Positions 37,801-44,009 of a DNA stretch of 44,009 bases are shown here, piece by piece. The position numbers and the translations under genes are program-made. The DNA lies in the sequence record SRR20825010_1978. One strand, written 5' to 3'. The notes beneath the pieces were generated by a model, which had not been told where the DNA came from, searched no databases, and was given only the letters and a program-made list of their open reading frames with translations. How positions within the stretch are numbered: the stretch's first letter is position 1; each line of letters begins with the position of its first letter.

Positions 37801-38218
37801 GGCCGTTCTGGCCCAGGTTCACCACTCCCGGGGCAATCTCGGGTGACACCCAAAGGCGATATTGCTCACCCGCACGCAAGGTCTCCATGGAAAACGTCAA
37901 GGTCCGATTCCGGTTCGACACCTCGGCACTCGCCAGGTCAACCAGATTGCCTTGGCTGTCCGCCAGGCAAAGCGCCCCGACAAAGTCGTCACCGTCAGGC
38001 TGACAATCTTCCTTTGCCGCCGCCTCATTAATGCTGTTGGAAAACGTCAGTAGCAGCTTGCTTCCAAGAGGCAAGTCCACCATGCCACTGGAAGGATAGG
38101 CATAAATGAGGGCGCTGCCTGGGTCCGGCGGCACAAACACATCCGGTTCTTCTTCACAGCCTTGCAGCAATGGCAGCAGCAGGCAGGCGATGGCGGGGAG
38201 TTTTATTATACGCATCAT
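34871..38218 (-). CDS. large acidic lipoprotein with bacterial Ig-like (Big_5-type) domains
   Basis: Lipobox LLQGC. Repeated P..G...V.....I...F.EP motifs. DVNGNGVQD Ca-binding-like loop. Confidence 0.8.
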   Translation of the reverse strand: MMRIIKLPAIACLLLPLLQGCEEEPDVFVPPDPGSALIYAYPSSGMVDLPLGSKLLLTFSNSINEAAAKEDCQPDGDDFVGALCLADSQGNLVDLASAEVSNRNRTLTFSMETLRAGEQYRLWVSPEIAPGVVNLGQNGPLITFRTRQYHPVPDQAPEVLVINQENPRVYLPEPEGTERFPFMDFSPVRITFTEPLVQTTVRYGDTVQLVHQESGELVDARILSERHYITLDPKDDLIGGDTYTLTLEGLQDFDEDVLETVVYELTPRLSKDDVADLNPPIKQLMKAQPALGDPGYPETSRLHGLPLNQFNLVTEALGLTQVDAMPLVLEGWMGRPDEHVQAVPVVARAGQQLRITGIDPILLGGEVRTPMFTGDLIGTFVTDVTGYLTTNPYRPEGFQPDDDFAPMYVHMNFDLAMHAVEPRGNASVNQNLMHVQAVGVVDVKDGALTFEVFRTLELDILSGAAKVSADFALGVRADSAFEFEQLNRDPLQVTGSFPEHNQTQVEPSNNIIVVFNEPVSDEGMDGVQLFRQASSEPVPIQVRSSGSNLVITPLDELAAGERYNLDLGDNLKDMDIFDPSHLEFVPGDATDGSGQIVFDTASYAANNDAPVLPPVVLGLYPGIGCALEDRGVERQDAQGNTLEMAGRCVGGLADDSLYYPFFYDVSRPIEVSFNMPMELASMTFGTIAADGESCEGGAMCLAEATESGWASIALSARRNSLRLRAVPPPNTMVPGRAYRLVINGGDNGEAVFRSHDRFDNLGINTDPLNGMGTCGPLSNMPCEGGPPILIDFTATPDVGAAYATVLTRTYTDVNGNGVQDVDEPDAEKNHARGFVKSTGGLIGGANLDEGDQIFTHAALPMAFLPKVPLDLSYIGLVDEGNGRWCATEEDADGDIYCIQTVGDTAIPVEINAQHVMGTSLVANANLAIPVLGDLIPLPLETGALVLRFRPYDDMPPQPLRGFVINAIDPDTGEEIDDPVFITRLDAWLDAPDVRLFSALIPGGAAIPNVADANVRSLPVSAYLNGPVKFLRNGQITLESSNASAIAASLNLSIDLGALIPVLGDLLDLIIGGVLPEEGVGSLELGIAKDDFRIRVVNNPAHARFTSAGQENAGDL

Positions 38219-38466
38219 GTCACCCTTTTCTTGTTTTCGGACTACATAGTCACGGATGCATGCGACAGCGCGCCAGTGCCTGCGCGTTAGCGTTTGTAAT
38301 TTAAAAATCCACAAAAATCAGTATTTTATCTACTTTTACGGTATACGAGGACATTTTCCGTGTATCCGTCTCAAACACTCACCCCTTCTTTTACAGGCTC
38401 GTCCCCCGGCCGACTTTCATTAAGCGCTTTTGCACTGATCAACTTATTGCTTAACAAAAAGGTGAC

Positions 38467-38505
38467 AAAAAAAACCGCAACATGACGATAAGTATCATGG
38501 TGCGG
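38467..38505 (-). terminator. intrinsic terminator after the panE-like gene
   Basis: Minus strand CCGCACCATGAT-ACTTATC-GTCATGTTGCGG followed by T8. Confidence 0.65.
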
Positions 38506-38539
38506 CCTGATTGACATGATTTGGTTCAGTGGCGAATCG

Positions 38540-39475
38540 TCATGCCTGCCGGATGCGCAGCGTTACCAGCACCGTGCGCAGATGGGGAACGGGCACATTC
38601 AGGCGGTCCGCTATGGCGACCACGTTGCCAAGAATCGCATCCAGCTCAATGGGCCTGTCGTTCAGATAATCCAGCGCCATGGAGTTCTTATACGCGCCCA
38701 TGGCCCGGGTGCCCGACAAGTTCTTCTCAATAATGTTATCCGGCATCGGATAACCGTCCGCCTTAGCCACCGCGATCACTTCTTCCATGAGCGTACGAAT
38801 CAACGCTTCCCCCCCGGGGGCATCGAGCATGGATAAGGTATCGGCCCCATTGGCCAGCACACTCAACGGATTGAACGGGGTATTCCAGACGCATTTTCGC
38901 CAGCGTTCGCCAACCACAGCATCCGTCTCGTTGATATCGATGCCCCCCTCTCGGAACAAGCCCGCCAAATGCTCACAATGGTGATCAAAACCCTGGGGGA
39001 AATTTCCCATGACCAGCTGCCCGTAAGCCTGATGGTTCACGGTGCCTGGCCCGGTGCGGCTTACCGCGATAAACGCGAGGCAACTCACCAAAGGGTTACT
39101 CGGGAAGGCCTCCGCCAACTCACGCTCAATATCCAGACCGTTCTCAATCAACACCAACCCGGTGTGCTCCCCTAGCCAGGGCCGCACCAATTCCGCCCGG
39201 TCTACGCCCGGCAGCACCTTGACGCACAGCAACACATAATCCGGAACCCGCACCGGGGACTCGCCCGGCTGATAAACATGATCCGGCATCCACGACAGCT
39301 CACCCAGCGGGCTGGTAAACCGAAAGCCGTCGGCTTTTACTGCTTCATAATCCGACCGCAGCACCACGCTGACAGAACAACCCGCCCGCTTCAGAATCGC
39401 GCCATAGAAACTCCCGATAGCGCCAGCGCCGATTACCAGAATGTCTGGTTTCCCATTGCCGGTGTTGTGCTTCAT
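38540..39475 (-). CDS. panE: 2-dehydropantoate 2-reductase family protein
   Basis: VIGAGAIG, ENGL, WRKCVWN..FNPLS and SMALDY...RPIELD motifs. Confidence 0.8.
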   Translation of the reverse strand: MKHNTGNGKPDILVIGAGAIGSFYGAILKRAGCSVSVVLRSDYEAVKADGFRFTSPLGELSWMPDHVYQPGESPVRVPDYVLLCVKVLPGVDRAELVRPWLGEHTGLVLIENGLDIERELAEAFPSNPLVSCLAFIAVSRTGPGTVNHQAYGQLVMGNFPQGFDHHCEHLAGLFREGGIDINETDAVVGERWRKCVWNTPFNPLSVLANGADTLSMLDAPGGEALIRTLMEEVIAVAKADGYPMPDNIIEKNLSGTRAMGAYKNSMALDYLNDRPIELDAILGNVVAIADRLNVPVPHLRTVLVTLRIRQA

Positions 39476-40926
39476 TGTGTCTGCTCTCCCATACCTCGAA
39501 TACCCTGCTGCATGTTGCGCAAAGGCAACAACGCCACCACGAAAATAGCCAACAACAGCAGGAATGCCATATCAAAGCCCGACTCAAACGCCTGCGCTGT
39601 CGAGGCAGCCGGCCGGGCCTGTGCAAAGGATTCACTGAAAAACTGAATGCACAAAGCGCACAGATTCACGCCCAGTGCGCCACCAATCTGGCGGCCAAAA
39701 TTGAAGATGCCCGAGCCCTGGGGGATCAGCCCCGGAGGCAACAGGCCCAAGGCGCCGGTGGACGACGGCGGCATCATCAACCCCAGCCCCACCCGGCCCA
39801 GCAGGGTCCACCACACCAACCAGACCGCTGAGGTGCCCAGGTTGGCGCCAGCCATCAGCACCATATTGAAAATGAACAACACCAGCCCCGCCGCCATGAT
39901 GCGTGTTTCCGGAAAGCGGTCGGTTAAGTGCCCCGCCACGGGAAAGGTAAACGCCATGGCCAGACCCGCCGGCATCAACATCAACCCTGCGCTGGCCGGA
40001 CTCTCGCCCAGCACCTGCTGAAAATACAGCGGCGTAATGTAGGTAGAGGCAAACACCCCGGCACCAATCACCATGGACATGAGAAAGCTGCCGGTGAACC
40101 CCCGGTAACGAAACACGCGCAGATCCATCAACGGGTGCCGCAGGCGGGTTTGCCAGTAAATGAAAAAGCCCGTTAGGCCCAGCCCGCCCAAAAACGCCAG
40201 CAACAGCGCCGGGTCTAACCAGTCACGGCGGTGGCCGTTAGCCAGCGCCCACAACAAGGCAGTGATACCCAGTGCCAGCGACACCAGGCCAATCCCGTCA
40301 AGCGTCACCGGTTCCGCTTCTGCTTCACGTTTTGGCAGGTAACGGGCAGCCATTACCATGCCGACAACACAGGCCGGCAGCACCACCAGAAAGACTGCCC
40401 GCCAGGACAGCGTATCCACCAGCACCCCGCCAATAGCCGGCGCAATGGCTGGCCCCAATACGACACCCAGCCCATAGATACCCATAGCCTGACCGCGACG
40501 ATTGAGAGGAAACACCTGGAAGATGGTAATCATGGCCAGCGGCTGAATCAGCCCGGCCAGCAGACCCTGCCCCACCCGGGCAGCCACCAATAAAGGAAAA
40601 TGTTCACTGACAGCGCCAATAATGGACACCACCACGAACAGGCCCATGGCCAACAAATAAGCACCACGGGCCCCGAATCGTTGAGTGCACCAGGCATTGA
40701 GCAGCATGCCTACCGTCATCGCTGCCAGGAAACCGGTCGCCAGCCAGTGCACTTGATCCTGCGCCAGCTGGAACTCGGTCATGATGGTAGGAATGGCTAC
40801 ATTGATAATGGTGGATGCCAGCACCACAGACATGGTGCCCAGCATCACTGTTACCGTTGCGAGCCAGCGGTAGCGCGGGCCATGCAGAGCAAAAAGCGCC
40901 TGGACCTGCGCTTCCACTGTTGCCAT
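39472..40926 (-). CDS. DHA2 (EmrB/QacA) MFS efflux transporter
   Basis: 14-TM pattern, STIINVAIP and LGPAIAPAIGG motifs. ATGA overlap with panE. Confidence 0.9.
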   Translation of the reverse strand: MATVEAQVQALFALHGPRYRWLATVTVMLGTMSVVLASTIINVAIPTIMTEFQLAQDQVHWLATGFLAAMTVGMLLNAWCTQRFGARGAYLLAMGLFVVVSIIGAVSEHFPLLVAARVGQGLLAGLIQPLAMITIFQVFPLNRRGQAMGIYGLGVVLGPAIAPAIGGVLVDTLSWRAVFLVVLPACVVGMVMAARYLPKREAEAEPVTLDGIGLVSLALGITALLWALANGHRRDWLDPALLLAFLGGLGLTGFFIYWQTRLRHPLMDLRVFRYRGFTGSFLMSMVIGAGVFASTYITPLYFQQVLGESPASAGLMLMPAGLAMAFTFPVAGHLTDRFPETRIMAAGLVLFIFNMVLMAGANLGTSAVWLVWWTLLGRVGLGLMMPPSSTGALGLLPPGLIPQGSGIFNFGRQIGGALGVNLCALCIQFFSESFAQARPAASTAQAFESGFDMAFLLLLAIFVVALLPLRNMQQGIRGMGEQTQ

Positions 40927-41954
40927 TACCGAGAGGTATCTTCGCTGACCCGTACCAACAGCTTGCCCCGGTTACGACCTTGCAGCAGCCCCTGAAAGGC
41001 ATCCACGGTATTTTCCAGCCCTTCAACCACATCTTCCTGGTACTGGATTTTGCCGGCCTGCATCCAGGTACTCATGTCGCGGACGAAATCTTTCATCAGA
41101 TGCGCATAATCAAACTGGATAAAGCCCTTGATCAGCACACGCTTCACCAGCAGCTTGGTCAGAAACGCGGGCAACTGATCCGGCCCCTGGGGCGCCTCGG
41201 TATCGTTGTAATGAGCGATACGACCGCACAGGGGAATACGCGCAAAGTCGTTTACCAGCTTCATCACCGCATCAAACACCTTGCCACCCACGTTTTCAAA
41301 ATACACGTCGATGCCATTCGGGCACGCGGCTTTAAGCTGAGCTTCGAAGTCGTCGTCCTTGTAATTCACGCAGGCATCAAAACCATAGGTATCGACCACG
41401 TGCTGACATTTGTCCGGCGCACCGGCAACGCCGACCACGCGGCAGCCTTTGATCTTGGCGATCTGCCCAACGATCTGGCCCACCGCGCCGCTGGCCGCAG
41501 ACACCACCACGGTTTCGCCTTCTTTGGGTTGGCCAATTTCCAGTAGCCCTGCGTAGGCGGTAAAGCCCGGCATGCCCAGTACACCCAACGCCGTGCTGAT
41601 TGGCACCTGTTTCGGGTCCAGCTTGCGCAGCATCTCTTTGCCCTGCACGGAATATTCCTGCCAGCCACCAAAGCCCAGCACATAGTCACCGGCTTCATAG
41701 CCTTCCAGGCGCGATTCCACAATCTGGCCGACGGTACCACCCTGCATCACATCTCCCAGCTCCACGCTGGCCGCGTAGGACTTGGCCGGGCTCATGCGCC
41801 CACGCATGTAAGGATCCAGGGACAGGTAGATGGTCTTGATCAGTACCTGGCCCTCTTTCGGCGAAGGCATCGCACCGTCTTTCAAAGGCAGATGTTCTGG
41901 CTGGGGCATACCCTTGGGGTACTCGGATAAAATAATCTGGCGATTCACACTCAT
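40926..41954 (-). CDS. NADP-dependent oxidoreductase (CurA/YncB, prostaglandin-reductase-like)
   Basis: YLSLDPYMRGRM, LGMPGFTAYAGL and SAASGAVG motifs. Confidence 0.9.
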   Translation of the reverse strand: MSVNRQIILSEYPKGMPQPEHLPLKDGAMPSPKEGQVLIKTIYLSLDPYMRGRMSPAKSYAASVELGDVMQGGTVGQIVESRLEGYEAGDYVLGFGGWQEYSVQGKEMLRKLDPKQVPISTALGVLGMPGFTAYAGLLEIGQPKEGETVVVSAASGAVGQIVGQIAKIKGCRVVGVAGAPDKCQHVVDTYGFDACVNYKDDDFEAQLKAACPNGIDVYFENVGGKVFDAVMKLVNDFARIPLCGRIAHYNDTEAPQGPDQLPAFLTKLLVKRVLIKGFIQFDYAHLMKDFVRDMSTWMQAGKIQYQEDVVEGLENTVDAFQGLLQGRNRGKLLVRVSEDTSR

Positions 41955-42090
41955 GCTTTCTCTCCCGTAAAACGCAAAAAATAAAAGTCAGTCCACAGAC
42001 TGGGGGAAGGCAGGCCCGCTTCAAATAGCGCATGGCGCGGATTGTCGTTTCACGCCGCCCCTGTGTCGTTAGCGACCGCGCATCACAACC

Positions 42091-42117
42091 AAAAAGGGCG
42101 ACCGAAGCCGCCCTTTT
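42091..42117 (-). terminator. intrinsic terminator
   Basis: Minus strand GGGCGGC-TTCG-GTCGCCC followed by TTTTT. Confidence 0.85.
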
Positions 42118-42124
42118 CATCTAC

Positions 42125-43267
42125 TTATGCTGCATCGTCATCCACATCCAGCAAGCTTTCCAGCTGCTGCATGTGATAACCCAGATCACCCAGCTGGTGA
42201 TCAATCAGCACAATCCGCTTGGCGTAATGAGCCACTGCGGTTTCTTCCATCATGCCCATGCCACCATGCAACTGGATGGCTTCTTCCGCCACCTTGCGGC
42301 CAGACTTGCCGATAATCGCCTTGGCAGCCGCCAGACGCTTGGCACAGACCTGGGCCGGCGCATCCAGAGAGCAGGCCGCAAAAATGGTCATGGAACGGGC
42401 TTTTTCCAGCTCCATACGCATTTCCACCATGCGATGTTGCAGCGCCTGGAACTTGCCAATGGCCACACCAAATTGCTGACGCTCCTTGATGTAAGCCAGA
42501 GTCTGATCACAGGCCACTTCCATGGCACCAGTGGCTTCTGCGCACAGGGCCACAATACCCAGGGCCAGGGAGGCTTCCAGCGCATCAATGGCCTTGCCTT
42601 CTTCGCCCAGCAGCTCAGCCGCCGCACCGTTGAAAGTGATTTCTGCAGCACGCAGCCCATCGATGGTTTCGTAACCACGGCGGCTGACACCGTCGGCATT
42701 GGCATCGACGATAAACGCAGACAAGCCATCACGGTCCGTGCCATTACCACCGGTGCGGGCAATCACCACCAGCTGGTCGGCGCTGTCGCCGTGAAGCACC
42801 ACAGCTTTCTTGCCTGTCAGGCTGTAGCCATCACCACTTTTCTCTGCGGTGGCTGCAACGTGGGTATGGTCATAACGGCCTTCCGGCTCGTAAGCCGCCA
42901 ACGCCAGACGCAACTCACCGCCGACGATGGCACTGATCAGTTTTTCCTTCTGGGCATCGCTGCCCAGGGAATTGATCAAGGTCCCGCTCAGCACCACTGT
43001 GGCCAGATAAGGTTCCAACACCAGGCCACGGCCAAAGCCTTCAGCCACCACCATCAGTTCCGGGCCGCCGCCATTGAAACCACCGAAGTCTTCGGAAAAC
43101 GGCACACCCAACAGGCCAAGCTCGGCAAACTGCTGCCACATTTCTGCGGAATAACCCAGTTCACTGGTGCGGGCTTTCTCGCGTACGTCGAAGGGATAAC
43201 CATCGCGAACCAGACGGCCCACGGTTTCCTCGAGCATGCGCTGTTCATCGCTCAGTTTAAAATCCAT
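42125..43267 (-). CDS. acyl-CoA dehydrogenase, PimD-like small subunit
   Basis: MDFKLSDEQRML, R.QFG..IGKFQALQH and IQLHGGMGM motifs. AGGAG RBS. Confidence 0.85.
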   Translation of the reverse strand: MDFKLSDEQRMLEETVGRLVRDGYPFDVREKARTSELGYSAEMWQQFAELGLLGVPFSEDFGGFNGGGPELMVVAEGFGRGLVLEPYLATVVLSGTLINSLGSDAQKEKLISAIVGGELRLALAAYEPEGRYDHTHVAATAEKSGDGYSLTGKKAVVLHGDSADQLVVIARTGGNGTDRDGLSAFIVDANADGVSRRGYETIDGLRAAEITFNGAAAELLGEEGKAIDALEASLALGIVALCAEATGAMEVACDQTLAYIKERQQFGVAIGKFQALQHRMVEMRMELEKARSMTIFAACSLDAPAQVCAKRLAAAKAIIGKSGRKVAEEAIQLHGGMGMMEETAVAHYAKRIVLIDHQLGDLGYHMQQLESLLDVDDDAA

Positions 43268-43279
43268 GCTCAATACTCC

Positions 43280-44009
43280 TTACAAACCGAGAATCATCTT
43301 GGCGATGATGTTCTTCTGAATTTCGTTGGAACCGCCGAAGATCGACAGCTTGCGCATATTGAAGTACTTGGCGGACACCGTGTTGGCGAAATCCGGCCCA
43401 ACCAGCTCACCGTCATAATCCGCATCGAAGGTTTCCGGCAGGAACGGCTGGGCGTAAGGGCCAGCCGCACGACGGAACAGGTCGGTAATTTCCTGACGCA
43501 GTTCGGTACCCATGATTTTCAGGAACGAACTCTCCGCACCAGGTACACCACCGGCCTGGGCCGCAGCCACGGTACGCAGGTTGGTCATTTCCAGTGCCAT
43601 CAGCTCCATTTCCACATCCGCCAGACGGTTGCGGAACAGCGGATCCTCAATCAGTGGCTTGCCGTTCTGCTGTACCTTGCGCGCCACTTCTTTAAGGTGC
43701 TTAAGAGCCGCCTTGGACTGGCCCACACCGGCGATGCCGGTACGCTCGAAGGTGAGCAAGTACTTGGCACAGGTCCAGCCCTTGTTCTCTTCACCCACCA
43801 GGTTTTCTACCGGCACTTTCACTTCATCGAAAAATACTTCGTTGACTTCATGCTCGCCGTCCAGCGTGATCAGTGGACGCACGGTGATGCCCGGTGTTTT
43901 CATGTCAATCAGCAGGAACGAAATCCCTTCCTGTTTTTTGGCACTGGGGTCAGTGCGCACCAGGCAGAAAATCCAGTCTGCGTGCTGGCCCAGGGTGGTC
44001 CAGGTTTTC
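43280..44009 (-). CDS. acyl-CoA dehydrogenase, PimC-like large subunit (5' end outside window)
   Basis: The frame is open to the edge (KTWTTLGQHADWIFCLVRT). HEVNEVFFD and SIFGGSNEIQKNII motifs. Confidence 0.88.
   Translation of the reverse strand, partial: KTWTTLGQHADWIFCLVRTDPSAKKQEGISFLLIDMKTPGITVRPLITLDGEHEVNEVFFDEVKVPVENLVGEENKGWTCAKYLLTFERTGIAGVGQSKAALKHLKEVARKVQQNGKPLIEDPLFRNRLADVEMELMALEMTNLRTVAAAQAGGVPGAESSFLKIMGTELRQEITDLFRRAAGPYAQPFLPETFDADYDGELVGPDFANTVSAKYFNMRKLSIFGGSNEIQKNIIAKMILGL

Noticed and set aside
38421-38429. TAAGCGCTT resembling the AtuR operator core upstream of the Ig lipoprotein
   Set aside because: It is too short and lacks the flanking ACC/GGT arms, so it is expected by chance.

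Overview
GC-rich gammaproteobacterial chromosomal segment. The gene content suggests a marine hydrocarbon degrader such as Alcanivorax, which is an inference. The window runs: tRNA-Asp (partial) and tRNA-Val; atuR with a coupled 62-aa ORF; the acyclic-terpene utilisation genes atuABCDEF; a FATP-type acyl-CoA synthetase; a ~970-bp non-coding region with three DnaA-box triplets plus IHF/Fis-like sites (DARS-like); a gcdH/thiolase/acyl-CoA dehydrogenase/transporter/MBL-hydrolase cluster; a phasin/DUF445/SCP2 cluster; cmoAB; a hybrid histidine kinase; a stand-alone MnmC oxidase domain; an OmpW-family barrel paired with a ~1115-aa Ig-repeat lipoprotein; panE-like, MFS and CurA-like genes; and a pimCD-like pair. 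The most striking unexplained signal is a family of ~155-190-bp intergenic elements. Each has inverted arms of four tandem 7-mers around a fixed-geometry scaffold (CGCG-N32-34-CGCG-loop-CGCG-N35-CGCG). This scaffold is retained in a copy whose heptamer arms have a completely different sequence. No transposase, integrase or CRISPR array is visible. All product calls come from recognising motifs and families by eye, not from database searches.
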